Origin: Camelus dromedarius
Taxonomy: Eukaryota
DNA length: 64,000 nt
Direction: 5' to 3'
Assembly (NCBI RefSeq): GCF_036321535.1
Contig: NC_087436.1
Span: 84,942,001-85,006,000 of the forward strand
Below the pieces are notes generated by a model that searched no databases, had not been told where the DNA came from, and saw only the letters and a program-made list of their open reading frames with translations. Positions 49,844 through 62,545 of the stretch are shown here, one piece after another. Numbering within the stretch: the first letter of the stretch is position 1; the number at the start of each line of letters is the position of its first letter. Both the position numbers and the translations under genes were made by a program.

Positions 49844-50194
49844 AAAGATCATCAATATTTTGATTTATTCTTTTTAGGGAACTTCATCAGCCATGTGTTT
49901 TGTTGAGATAAGATTTATGAAAAAAAATTAAAAAAAAAAGAATTCTGGAACAAGGTGAAATTTTTGTAAGTCTCCTTAATTTGTTATTACAATTCATTTC
50001 TGATTGAAAAAATATTGTATTTTGTAGCTTTATCTGTTTAAATAAATACATAGAGTTATGTAGAATTCATGTTTTATCTATTGTGTATGGTTCACAATAT
50101 AGCAAGTCATGACTTACATTGATAAAAGCAAACATTTATGTAGTGAACTTTACAATGGGTCTTCATATGTTTTCTTGTAACATTTTCATACTGA

Positions 50195-50810
50195 TTCTCT
50201 GCTCTACAGCTGTGATCTTTCTCAAATGCAAATCTGATGATTTCACTCCAACTTACTGGTTTTTAAAGATTTCCTAACGCCCGTAGAACACAATGAAATT
50301 TCCTCAGTGTGGCAGACCACCCTCTCTGGCCTCATCTCTAGCTGCATCTTCCTCCCACCCTGTATTTCAGCCAAATCAAGCTGCGTGTAGTTTGTTGGCT
50401 ACCACACCATAGCATACCTCTGAGTTATCTATTTATGTGGTTCCATCTGGCTGGAACATCCTTCCCAAAATCACACCTCATATTCTACCAGATCATGTGC
50501 CACTTCTTTTGTAATGCCTGTCCTACCTCTCTCATGGTGTCAGTGAGATGTCCTTCCAGTCCATGTCTCACCAGGTGGACGTGACCTCTCCTTTCTACCT
50601 GCTGTGGCCAGGACGGGTTTTCTTTACAGCCCCCACTGTGTTTTACCACATTCCTTTATATTCAAGTCTGTCTCTCTTTCTAGACTATGGACTCCTCGAG
50701 AGTCTGAGTCTAGTTTACCTCTGAAATGTCTCCAGTGACTGGCATTTACTACATGCTCAACAAATGTATACTGAATGAATAATTGAATAAACAGATGGGT
50801 GGGTGGATGA
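50195..50810 (+). mobile_element. L2 3' region
   Basis: gtgatctttctcaaatgcaaatctgatgatttcactcc...tgctcaacaaatgtatactgaatgaat. Confidence 0.8.
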
Positions 50811-51199
50811 GTAGGTAAGTGGGGAGGTCAGTAGATGGTTGGATGGAGTGGGACAGTTATTCCTACAAGATTAAAAGTGTTTAAATGAGCTGCCCAAGAT
50901 CTTACCACAGTAATTTGAGGGCTAAAAATCAAATCTAGATTTTTCTAACCTAAAAAAATTTGGAGGCCTTTTCCTCACCACAGTATTGTCTTCTAAATTT
51001 AAAATGCCAACATTAAAAACATTGCATAAGAGGACAGTGGTACATTTATTTAAATTTTTGAGTCTTTTTAAATAGGTGGATAAAGCCAATCTGATTCTTT
51101 CAACACATTTAATTGGACTTGTTTCCTGATGCTCCCACTTTGTCTCATTTCTGAAAGGTTTCATTAAAATTCAGTCAAGGCTCCATATAGTTTTATTAA

Positions 51200-51213
51200 C
51201 AAAGTGTTGTGGC

Positions 51214-51282
<69 letters not shown>

Positions 51283-51602
51283 TATGTAAAATCTTTACAT
51301 ATATATGTAATACATGTGTGTGTATATATATATGATGGAATACTATTAAACCATAAAAAAGAATAAAATAATGCCATTTGCAGCAACATGAATGGACCTG
51401 GAGATCGTCATTCTAAACAAACTAAAGCAGAAAGAGAAAGAAAAATACCATAAGATATCACTTGTATGTGGAATCTTAAAAAAGGGACACAAATGAACTT
51501 ATCTACAAAAGAGAAACAGACTCACAAACATGGAGAACAAACTTATGGTTACCAGGAGATAAAGGGGGTAGGAAAGGATAAATTGAGAATTCAAAATTTG
51601 CA
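51200..51602 (+). mobile_element. Lineage-specific L1 (end of ORF2 into 3'UTR), 3'-truncated
   Basis: atggaatactatt...ataatgccatttgcagcaacatgaatggacctggagatcgtcattcta...aaacttatggttaccagg. Confidence 0.9.
51216..51332. repeat. (TA)n/(CA)n microsatellite expansion
   Basis: Read directly. Confidence 0.95.
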
Positions 51603-51772
51603 CCTCTTGGAGAGTGAGGGAAATGTTAGGCATCTTGACTGGGGTGGTGGTTTCATAAGTGTATATATACATCTATCAAAATTCATCCAGTTGTACATCT
51701 GAAATATGTGTAGTTTACTGTACAGGAATTATACCAAAGTAAAGGTGTTAAAAAAGAAAAGAAAAGAAAAAA
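51603..51772 (+). mobile_element. Old L1M 3' terminus
   Basis: ggaaatgtt...atcttgactggggtggtggtttcat...tcaaaattcatccagttgtacat. Confidence 0.75.
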
Positions 51773-51894
51773 ACAAAGTCTTGATATTAATGTCATCCAT
51801 ATCCAAGCAGTTCTAAACATTTGCAAATTCTTCTTTCAAAGTGTATCTCACGATGATTTCTTTCCTCCTATTTTCTCTGTGGCTGTCCCAGTGG

Positions 51895-52125
51895 TCATGA
51901 AAATAGCATGAACATTGGACCCTGAGATATTGGCCTGTGCTGGCTTCTTGGGTTTGTCACTCCTTAGTTATATGTCCTTATCCAAGTCACCTCACCTGTA
52001 CGAGCCTCAGCTTTCTTAAAATGAGAAGAATTATATCCACTTCATAGCATTTTTGTGAGGATTAAATGAGATAATATATGCCAGGGCCTGTCACAAATAG
52101 GTATGCAACACATGTCAGTTCCTTC
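51895..52125 (+). mobile_element. MIR SINE
   Basis: caagtcacctcacctgtacgagcctcag...tgtgaggattaaatgagataat. Confidence 0.8.
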
Positions 52126-52779
52126 CAGACATGAATCCAGTTCATTTTAAAATAAAAAAAATTAATATTTTCCAAAATGCATTAGATCATGTCAAAAAGC
52201 AAATCTTGTCTTCCAAAGTTGACAGAAGTTTTCTTCAGAGAAAAGAGTATCTCTCTTATTTTTCCCATAGTCCCTCACACGTTCTAAATACATGCTCCCT
52301 GGTTGCTAATCATTTTTATCAGGCATGCATATTTATAAAATAGTTCCCAGTAACTTTTATGGATTATCATTCACTATATATAACCTCAAATGAAGAGATG
52401 ACTTTTCCTAGAACTTCATTCAGGTGGTCACCAATGAAGTAAGATGACTGATGATGGCCTTTGCATGTTGTCACCGGGCTACATCTTTAAGGATGGGGCC
52501 CAGACAGAGAATCAGAACCAAGCTCATTTGGCCTTATATTATCTGGCTGTTTACACTGACTCCATTCTTGATGAGCTCTGGGGGAATGAGGTTTAAGATT
52601 AAATTACAGTCTTCTCAGAGCCCACTATTAGAAGTCTAATATATACAGTATTTAATTTTTAGTTTGCATATATGTAATTACAACAATCATTTTCAAATGA
52701 ATAATTACATGTTCCTTCAGGGCCTGGGCAACTATAATTTTTAGATTGAGGATGTCTGTGCTCCCAAAAGGAAAAGTGT

Positions 52780-52990
52780 CTCATTTGCTGAGTACCTACT
52801 ACAGGAACACTGCACTAAGGGTTTCACATATGTTTTCTCATCTGATCCTTACAACATCCTTGTAAGTTATTTATTATCCCTATTTTACAAATTAAAAAAC
52901 AAAATTAAACGGCTCTGTAAGTTAAGGATTTGGCCCAGGGTGCTTTAGTAAGTTGCAGAACGAGGACTGAAAGTGAGGTCTAGCTATCAG
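52780..52990 (-). mobile_element. MIR SINE
   Basis: tctcatctgatccttacaacatcc...attatccctattttaca...gttaaggatttggcccagggt. Confidence 0.8.
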
Positions 52991-55900
52991 TTCCCCCAAC
53001 TCCTGCTCATACAATGATGCCAACATTTTCCAATGACAACCAAAGATAAGAATGTGGAAATGAATAAGCTGGAATGATGTTCATAAACTTAAGTAAAAAC
53101 AAGGTTCACAGGTAGTATAAAACCTCACCAAACAAATTCAAATATGTGTTCCAGAAAACTGTAACATTTTATGTGGAAAGAAATTTTACAAAATTTTCTT
53201 TTTTGGCAAAACCTATATTTGGTCAGAAAAATATTTTTAAAATAATTTTAGATTGCTGAGGAAGGCCAAAATATTTTAATTAATATTAGCTTTATTAGAC
53301 TAGCTAAACTGTTTGTTACATGGTCACGTATATGCACACTTTGAAAAGTTCTGTTTTCCCTCCACAGACATTTGCTTCAGAGACATTAGGGACACCTAGC
53401 TTTGGGGTACTGCCTCCTTAGACTGGCTTACAGGTTCCTACTTATTTCGAGTGTTTACTTTCCTCTGTGGACACGAAAGCTCAATGTTGATCAGATGTTT
53501 ACCAATAAATTGTCCAGTTCTGGATTCCATAACTTAAGAGAAATGTGTAAAAAATCTCATGAGTTAAGGAATGAGGATCATGTATGAGGTGGTACACGAG
53601 ACTTATACATACTGGTTACTAAGTGAATGGGAATTCATTTAGATCATCCTTCTTCCTGAGTGAAAACTATTCTGTCCTACAAGTTCCAGTGTTAGTCTCA
53701 CTAAAAAACTAATAATCATTCATTTTCATGATTAGGAAGGACTTCTTAAAGCTTAATGAAAATAGATTATCTGCCTTGGATATGTTAAGTTTTCATTGGT
53801 GATGTGGCTCAGTCCTTGTAAATATGTGATTCTCAGCTTTATATGGATTTTAGAGTATTGGAAACATAGTTTGGATTCCCATTTTATTTGACTCCTGGAG
53901 AATCACATGTAGGTCTATGGCTACAGGAGAAGTAATCAAAAATCCAGGTTTCTGACTTGACTCTTTTGTCTCTTGTTTAATTTGATTGATGAAGAGTTAC
54001 GTTTGATTTTTTAGTGAATTGGGTTCTCTTACAATTTTAGGGCTTGGCAGAAACAATGAACAATTCATATGATCTTCATTTGTGCCTGGTAAGAGCACTT
54101 CCTTTTCTCAAAGTGGTCTCTGAATCATTCTTAGCAAAGTCATGCTTTGTCCATCTGGTCAGCTCACAGGAGCTCACAGACAACACTGTTTCTAGCAGCA
54201 TTCCACAAGGTAGAAATCTAAAGTGGAGGATGATCTCACCAGAATCCAAAACTTCAGGTTCAGAATTCTTGAAACAATTTTAATGGAATTAAACATTTTA
54301 AAATTTGCTTTCAAATTTTATTTGGCCTTACTGTTCTTTTTTTTTTTTTTCCCCCGAAGTAAGTACCTTTCTTTAATCTGCCATTTTTCATTGTCTTTTA
54401 TATTGGGGATTTATCATGTGTTAACTGAAATCTTGCAAATTATCCTGAGTAGACTTAAAGACTTTTTTTTCTAATTTTTTGAAATCCACAAAGGTTTTCA
54501 AACAGCATAAAGGAAGAGTATTCAAGGAAGTTTTGAAACACATACCAGTGCCTTGCCTGTAGAATCCATGCAGTTAACCTGCAGGGCTGTTTGCTCTGAG
54601 GCCAGTCTGTCTCCTAGAATGGACCGTTGCAATGGAGGCATTTGTATTGGAACAGAGAAACAACTCTAGAAGAAAGGCCACTTAAATAATAAGAGACTGC
54701 ATTCCAGGCATATTCAACCTAGAATATTCTTTTTCCCTTAGTGGATTCTAATTCACGCCCACCCTGCTACAGAGTGTATTTAAGAGGCCTTAATTTCTGA
54801 CACATTGGCATTGGGCAATAGCAGTTTTAAAAAGAACAAAAATGACAAAACCCAAAAGAAATAGCCCTGCTGAACCTTGAGAGTGACGGAAATTTTGAAT
54901 AATTGAAGAGAGAACAAAGCCTAATACGAGAAAGTGGTAATTTCCTTGTTCACAACTTGATCCCTGGCACGTAGGGACCTATCTAGAACACAGAAGTGAG
55001 ATCAGAGGCATAGGAGCTGACCCAGGAGATGAGAAAGCTCTGGACTAGGACTAGAACAAAAGCACAGAACTCTGTGTCCTACTGAGTGGGGATTAACAGT
55101 TAACATCAGATCCACACTCCGTGCTACCTGCAAGCTGTTTCATAACTACCTACCTTATATATAAACTCTATATGGCTTGTCCCATTAGGGGTTTCTACTT
55201 TCTTAACTAATCCTTTATAGGCCTTATGTAGAATCCCTTAAGGTGTTGACAAGGAAAAGGTCAGGACTAGATGGACCCAATGACCATTATTGTTGCCATC
55301 CTGTTTCCCTGTTTAGGTAGACCCGTCAACTGGTCCTGACACGCACAGCACATCTCTGTTGACTGATGAGGCCCTCGGGAGGGCTTGAGAGGGGCACATT
55401 AGCTCTTTCAGACCTATGTTTGATTCTGAACTACATTGGTTTTCTGCATTAAACAACTAAACATCTGTATTCATTCTCTCTTCTAGATTAGTGAAGGAGC
55501 GGAATTCATTTTTATTCCCTAAAACTTGTTTCTAGGAGAAGCTAGCCCTGAATTTAGGAACACTGGAGTGTCTCTGCCCCACAGAGGAGGCTGTTAGGGA
55601 GCATCTGGTCAAACAACAAGTGTGGGATGAGCACAAGGTCAGACTCTTGGCTCAGCAGCTGAAGAGTGGAAGCTGACCTCCTGGCTCAGCTCATTTTTAT
55701 TTTTAATGAAAAATCTTAATAGAGACTGAAAAACACAATTGGAAGATGATTTCAGCCTGCACTTAGAAGTGCCTCCCTTGAGGTCAAGGCATGGGGTTTA
55801 TTAGTATTGCTCAAATAACTCATGCCATACCCTAACTTCCTTGAAGCTCCAACTGGTAACTTCCTCATTCTGGAAAACATAATTAAGCCCAATAAGATAT

Positions 55901-56151
55901 ATTGTTTTTCATTGAATAGTGTCTTTAAGATTCAGTTATTAAAGCAGTATCACTTCACATTAGAAAAAAGTCTATAAAACTATAACTGATATGATTTTGA
56001 TCAAAGTGTATATACATTTTTACAGCATACTAAATGGCACAGGATTTTAACAATGGCAGTCTGTGAATAGTGTCTTTTTTTGGTGTTTAAAATTTTTCTC
56101 CTTTGGGTATTTTTGTATTTTCAAATATATTTTAATAACAGAGATTACTCC

Positions 56152-56369
56152 TTAAAACTAAAGTATAGTTGATTTACAATGTTGTGTTAGTTTCTGGTGT
56201 ACAGCATAGTGACTCAGTTCTACATATAAATATATACACATATTTTCGTCTTCTTTTTCATTAAAAGTTATTACAAGATATTGAACATAATTCTCTGTGC
56301 TATCAGTAGGGCCTTGTTTATCTGTTTTATATATGGTGGTTTATATCTGCTTATCCCAAACTCTAATTT
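56152..56369 (-). mobile_element. Lineage-specific L1 3' end
   Basis: aagtatagttgatttacaatgttgtgttagtttctggtgtacagcatagtga; flanks cagagattactcc / cagaaggttacttc resemble a TSD. Confidence 0.9.
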
Positions 56370-56562
56370 CAGAAGGTTACTTCTTTAATCAGAAAAATTA
56401 AGTCTTAAAAATTCCAGTTTTGGCTAGGTTAATGCTTCTGTGAGATGAACTCGGCAGATTTTGAAAGACTAACACAGTAAATAAAGCTCCTAGGGAAGCT
56501 TCATGTTGTATGAAACCTGTATCTTGTCCCAGAAAAGTTATGGATGGCATTAGCATGAAATA

Positions 56563-57455
56563 CTTTAGCAGAAGCTTATTGGTGCCCCCACCTCATATAC
56601 GCTCAGCCCACCTATGATTTCATCTACATTAGCTTTGGCATGTTGACAGCATCTAACCTCCAGTGCCCACTCTGGAACTGGGATTTTGTGCATCATTGCC
56701 TCAGCCTCCCAATCTTTAGTGGAAGGTTTCTGAGGTGTATTAACTCAGTTCCTCAAAGGGTCCTATACTCATTACCTGTGTCACAAATTACCTCAAACCT
56801 GGTGGTTTAAAATACCAAAAGTTTCTTATTTTACAGTTATTATGAGTCAGGAATCAGAGAGCAGCTTGGCTAGGTGATCTTGGCTCAGAGTTCCTCACAA
56901 GTCTGTAATCATGTGTCAGCCAAGGCTGCAGTCATCCCAGGCGTGACTGGGTCTGAAGCATCCACTTCCAGCTCACTCACCTGGCTGTTGGCAGGAGGAG
57001 TCACCTCCTAAGTCTCCTTGCCATACCGTTCCCCTAGAGTGAGTGGTCTGAAAGACAGAGTGCCAGTGCCCAAAATGGAAGTTGTAGTCTTTTTTATGAC
57101 CTAATCTCAGAAATGACATAACCTCACTTCTGCTGTATGCTGTTGGTCACACAACCAACCCTGGTGGAGTCTGGAAGGACATTACATGAAGGAGTGATTA
57201 CAAGGAGGCAGGGACTACTGGGAGCCGTATTAGAGGCTGGCTACCACTGGTCTCTGGCAGGACTGCATCTCAGGTGCCTCCAGGGAGGGATCAACTAATA
57301 AAGCATTCTTGTGTTGTCTTTTTATTCTTCTCTGAGTTACTCTCCCCATCCCCTCACTTCTGCTTCCTGAGATGACGCTCCCCCCAACCGCCGCCAACTG
57401 ACCTAAACCTGAGCATGACTTAGGTTCTCATTTCAGAGGGGCCCAAAATAAGAGA
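56563..57455 (+). mobile_element. LTR16-like ERVL LTR split by MLT1F
   Basis: ttctgaggtgtatt...ggtcc | ggtctctggcaggactg...ctaataaagc...ctcacttctgcttcctgagat...cccaaaataaga. Confidence 0.65.
56764..57248 (-). mobile_element. MLT1F-type MaLR solo LTR
   Basis: acaaattacctcaaacctggtggtttaaa...gtcaggaatc...ttggtcacacaaccaaccctgg...agaggctggctaccac; TSD ggtcc/ggtct. Confidence 0.85.
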
Positions 57456-57532
57456 AATCCTGGCCCATTGTGCAAAATATTAGTCAAGGGTCTTCCTTGA
57501 ACTTTGTTAGTTGAGAAAAAACATGGGGTCAC

Positions 57533-57650
57533 TTTTAACTTTTTATTTTGAAATAACTTAAAACATAAAGTTGCAATATTACTACAATGAGCTCCCATAC
57601 ATCTTTACCCAGATTCACCAATTTTTAATGTTTTGCCACATTGACTTTCA
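57533..57650 (-). mobile_element. L1MC-type 3' terminus
   Basis: aactttttattttgaaataa...ctttacccagattcaccaatt...ttttgccacatt. Confidence 0.75.
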
Positions 57651-57769
57651 TCCTCAAGGGCCTGGATTCTGAACCTAATCAAAATACCTAGTGCCATTCA
57701 TGCTTTGCTTTTATTCTATATTCATAATATGATTTAGTTTGATTTCATCTTCATTTAATTTATATATAT

Positions 57770-57940
57770 CTTTGGGGATATCCCTCAATCTCTTTAAACT
57801 TGTTTTCTCATCTGAAATGTGAAGATATTTATATCATAGTTAAATGATATTTGTCATTTATAAAGATTAAATGAGAGAGTGCATGGAAAGCACGTAGCAC
57901 AGGGCCTGGCACACAGTAAGTGCTCAGTAAACATTAGCCT
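57770..57940 (+). mobile_element. MIR 3' half
   Basis: agattaaatgaga...aaagcacgtagcacagggcctggcacacagtaagtgctcagtaaacattagc. Confidence 0.85.
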
Positions 57941-58084
57941 TTTGTTCATTCGTTATATCAGCAAATATTTACTGAGAAGCTTGTTGCTGTTGTTCTTATT
58001 ATACGTCTGTGATGACTGATAAATAATTCAATCCCAGGAGGTAAGCACTGATAATTATAGTTAGAATTGTAATACACAGATGCA

Positions 58085-58221
58085 GAGGAAATAAGATGAC
58101 ATCTGAGCTTTGCTTCAAAATAATTTGCAGGGAAAACAGGTGATGAGTACCTAAAGTTTCATTAAATACCATCTTTTTTGCGTATGTTTCAAATTTTCCG
58201 TTATACGAAGTTAAAAAAAAG
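58085..58221 (+). mobile_element. L1MC4-like fragment
   Basis: atctgagctttgcttcaaaataat...ggtgatgagtac...tttgcgtatgtttcaaattttcc. Confidence 0.6.
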
Positions 58222-58475
58222 TACAAAGACATACATACCAAATTAATCATTCTCAAATGCCTAGTAAATGTCACATTTTCCCAGAGCTGGGTCATATAAT
58301 TGGTTTGAAAAATATTAAAATGAAACAATGATGGTCACAGAAGTCAGCTTCCTGTACTTTCACCATTAACTTGACAGCCACTTTTCCACATTTTTTTTTT
58401 TAGCATTGTATTTTTTAGCAGTGAGGACACAAATTGTGTCCAGGTAATTATCCATTGGCAATGACTGAATAATAA

Positions 58476-58518
58476 CATTGTTTATTTATCTCTTTCATTG
58501 TTTATTTATCTCTTTCAT
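58476..58518. repeat. Perfect 20-bp tandem duplication
   Basis: cattgtttatttatctcttt repeated twice. Confidence 0.95.
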
Positions 58519-60169
58519 ATTCTGTTACACAGGCATTCAGAAAACTACATTTATAAATGTGATTCTTAAACCTGCTAATCAATTCATGCCTTAATTAATG
58601 GGAACCCCAGGAGTTTCAGTGCTATGAAGCCAATGTAGTTTAAACTTGTATTATGAATGGCTTTATTCTAAGAGCTGAATGGCAATTTTTTTTGCATTAT
58701 TATTTTACTATGTTTGATAAGAAGAAACAAATAGAAGCAATAGAGGAGTTGTAAAGTTGAGTAGTTTCCAAGTTAGAGAACTCTGACATCTCTGGAACTC
58801 AGTCTTAAAATTTGTTAGATGCATAGACCTTTGTTGCACCTCTCCCACCTCCTCCAAAATCTTGCTTGGTTAATTATCTTTTCCCTTAACTGTATCTTCC
58901 ATCTTTCTCCATGTTCTTACTTTTTCCGGTTTTGTGGACCAGTCTGATGTGATATTCCTTATCTTAAAATACAACAAAACTCTTCCCAGGCATGAAACTC
59001 TTGTGGATGCACAAGAAGGGGACAAGACTGCATGCTCTAGGTGTTGAGGCACCTGGATAGAGAAAGCAGTGACTGCTCAGTGTCCCCAGGGCAGAGGCCA
59101 TGAATGGTGGCACTAATTTGCCTTCAAGCTGCTTCTCACAGGGCCATCTCCAGGAAGCATGAGCCAGGATAAATGAGAGCAGATATGTATTTAACAGAAA
59201 TGGATGAGTCTCTCAAGCCTGGGCCAGCAAGTTAAAGAATAAAATAAATCGCGCAGAGAAATTAAATGGGCAAAGGGTTCATTTGGTTTTCCTTAGGGCC
59301 AGAATCAGCTCTGGCCTATTCCTTCAGGATACTCTGTTCCTTCTGTTCTTTCATGATCCCCTCTGCCCACCTCTCCTGACAACAGGAGCCATATGTCTGG
59401 CTTCAATCTCCGATCAGAGGCACACGGTTTTAGAATGTGAAAGTTACAGTTTTAAAAGCAATGGATCCTAAATGGAGGCATTTGCTGCTGGCAACATCCT
59501 GGAAAAGGAGAATTCAAATTTTTCTTATCTCTGTCCTTACATATTGGAACTCTTTGGAAGGACTCAGTGGAAACCAACTCCACTGGGCTTTGTTGAGTCA
59601 TGTCCTTAATGGTTACAAAGAAAGGTTAATCTGAATCACTGGGGTGGTTCCTTACATTAATTCTTGCACTTGCTTTCCACAAGATATTAAGTCAATTCTC
59701 CCTCTCCCATTTTCTGTTAATGATAGCTGTGGCTCACCAAAAATGAGTAATTCCAATATTCAAAGTGCATAATATGTATCTAATGAAGTTAGATACGACT
59801 GCAGTTGGGAATGGAAACCTGGTCCAGAATGTCACACAGTTTTATCTTTTCTTGTTTTTTCTGTCTTACACTATTAAATGGATTTGCTCCGTGTAATCAC
59901 CAGCTCTTAGAATTGGAAGCTCTCTTATACATCAGTGCAGGGGCTGATTCAGTACTGGCATCCTTGGCATCTGGCACCTGGAACACAGTATGTGCTTCGC
60001 AAATATTTGCTGACTAGCTTGAGCTGGTTCAATCATCCCACTCAGCACAGGAATATTTTCAACCTTTTTCTTGAAAGATGGTCTTTAATATATTCTGCTT
60101 GAACCTTTCTAGTTCTGGTGTTGGTGGGGGGGTCCTCTTCCTTCCTCCTCTTCTCCCTCCTCCCTACCC

Positions 60170-60710
60170 CTCCTTGTTCAGTAGGTCTATGATGAGTAGG
60201 TCTATCTGGGGTCTCTACCATGAGAAACAACACATTCCCTGCCCTCACGGAAGTCACAGGTTAGTAGGGGAGACAGACATTAATTAAACGGTCAAACAAG
60301 ACAAGTCAAGCCACAGCTCTGACAAGTACAAACAAGAAGAACACGGAGGGCAAAGTGACCTCCTCCAGGAGGTAGGAAGGATTCTGTGAAGATGGGAGAA
60401 CTGAGATCTGAAGGATGAATCGGAGTTGGTTTGCTATAGAAAAGAAGTAAGACCACCCAGGCAGAGGGACCTGCATGGTCAAGGCTGGGAAGTAGGGAGG
60501 AGCCTGTTGTGCACCAGGGCTAAACCAGGTCAGTGTGGCTGCAGCCAGCGGAATGGGAGGGAGTGAGTGTGAGCTGGGACTGGACACTAACCAAAGGGCC
60601 CATCCACAAAGGGCTTGTAAACTTTCCTAAGTATCTTGGACGTTATCTAAGAGCACTAGGAAACCATCCAGTGGTTTTTACAAGAGGGTGTCATGATCAA
60701 ATTTGCATCC
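60170..60710 (-). mobile_element. L2a-type 3' region
   Basis: ccctgccctcacggaagtcacag...ggggagacagaca...ctgagatctgaaggatga...ccaggcagaggga...catgatcaaatttg. Confidence 0.8.
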
Positions 60711-60722
60711 CATTCAGGGCTA

Positions 60723-60725
<3 letters not shown>

Positions 60726-60768
<43 letters not shown>
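60726..60768. repeat. (GT)n microsatellite
   Basis: Read directly. Confidence 0.95.
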
Positions 60769-60771
<3 letters not shown>

Positions 60772-60938
60772 GAAAGTCTTCCTTCCATTAACTTAAAACT
60801 GCCTCTGTATCACTTGCTGTTTCTGCTCTTGGTCCTGTTGTTACAGAAACAGGTCTCCTCCCTCTTCTCAGTGAGGTCTTTTCAAACTCCAATTCTGTTT
60901 CAGCTTCTTACTGTCCTGTTCATATCCTTCTATACTTT

Positions 60939-61064
60939 TATTTTTGTGTATGAGGGAGAGAGAATTAGATTTATTTATTTATTTAAACGGAGGTGCTGGG
61001 GATTGAACACAGGACCTCCTGAATGCTAAGCATGCCCTTTGCCACTGAGCTATACCCTCCCCCC
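60939..61064 (-). mobile_element. Camelid Vic-1-type SINE
   Basis: ggaggtgctggggattgaacacaggacct...gctaagcatg...ccactgagctataccctcccc; perfect TSD cttctatacttt 60927-60938 / 61066-61077. Confidence 0.9.
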
Positions 61065-62329
61065 ACTTCTATACTTTCTAAATCATCAATTTTCTTAATA
61101 AAATGTGCTTCACAGAATTGAGTACAATCCTCCAGAAAGGTCTGGAGAACAGATATGTTATTTTTCTGTGGTCTGGATCCTATACTGTGAGCCACATGCA
61201 TGACCAAGAGTTTCAGGCTAACTTTGTAGACTATGAAACAATCCCAATCCCCAACTTTTTCATGTGCAATGCTAATAAATCAGGGAGTCTCTCTTATCCT
61301 GTTTTGCTCCATTTTTTTTAAAACACAAATAAATAAAGCTTTCAACCCTGACACTACCACCTACTTGCTGTTTAATCCTGGAAAGGTCACAAATTCTCTC
61401 TGGGCTTCTGTGCTTTACAGAGAGGAAATCTTCTTTCCCGTTTCTTGATGTTTCCTTCTGAGAACCTCATTCTTGAATCAGTCTCGGACTCTCTCCAGTT
61501 CTCTCAGTCTTCCCAGAGGAGGAGTGAATTCGTCTGATGGGTGAGTTTGGAAGGGGAACATGGACATCCTTGGCTCAGTGTGTTTCTCCTCTTTCTTTGG
61601 GAACAAGTCGGCCCATAGAGAGCCCATGCTTTGTCCTGCTCTCCCTGTGCTGTAAGTTTTGCTGGGGGTTTGTGCCCCCAGGGAGCTTGCACTAGTCTAG
61701 TGAGACTTGGTATTTTGAAGCCCACTTGCCTGCAGATTTAAGTCAGTTTCTCCATTATCAGTTTTATCTATAATAAAGTGATAGTCCTGCTCAAATGGCA
61801 TTATGTCATTGTCTTGTTTCTCATTTGGTTCAGCACTCAGTGCTATTTATTGGGCTCTCCCAAACAATGAGAGGATAACTAATGACTGTTTTCCAGAATT
61901 CCTTGTTCCTAGGAATATTAGTTTATATTTATCCCATTAAATGTCTTTAGATTGGTTTCAGCCCATTCTTCATTACAGCCTAAATTACCATTAATTGGTA
62001 CCCAGTGGTCTGGAGGAGTTAACTCATGTCCTTAACCAATTAGCTAAGTCTGAGGAAGTGAGGTTGGCACTGGAATGCATTCTAGAAGAAGAATACAGTA
62101 TGTTGGAAAGTTGCCACAGCTTTATTAATGTCATATTACAATTGTATGGAAGCCGCATTAGTAAAATGCCATTTCAAAATCAGATCTGCTCCGTATGCAA
62201 TTCCACTCTATTGTAACTAATGGCACAGCAAGGTCATGTGCTACACATGTGACATACCTGTGAAAAGTTTGTCCATGGTGCCTGTCATGTAACAAATGGG
62301 GAAGTAATTGCATTGGTGACGGTGATGAT

Positions 62330-62545
62330 TACTATTAGTAATAGTAATTTGTATTTCTCGAGTGTTTATGTGATTCAAAGAACTTGCAGGTATAATATCT
62401 CACTTGGGCTTCCCAGCCGCCTTGTGTAGCAGACAGGATAAGAAGTATTCATTTTACAAATGAGGAAACAGTCTTTGGGGGTTCAATAACACATCAGTTT
62501 ACAGGGTGAATTAGTAGTAGAGTCAGAACCAGAACACAAGCCTGC
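62330..62545 (-). mobile_element. MIR SINE
   Basis: cattttacaaatgaggaaacag...gtagtagagtcagaaccagaacacaag. Confidence 0.75.

Noticed and set aside
61995..62216. 73-aa ORF with protein-like composition
   Set aside because: Non-ATG start, no family I recognise and no convincing splice sites; ORFs of this length are expected by chance. BLASTp/tBLASTn would settle it.
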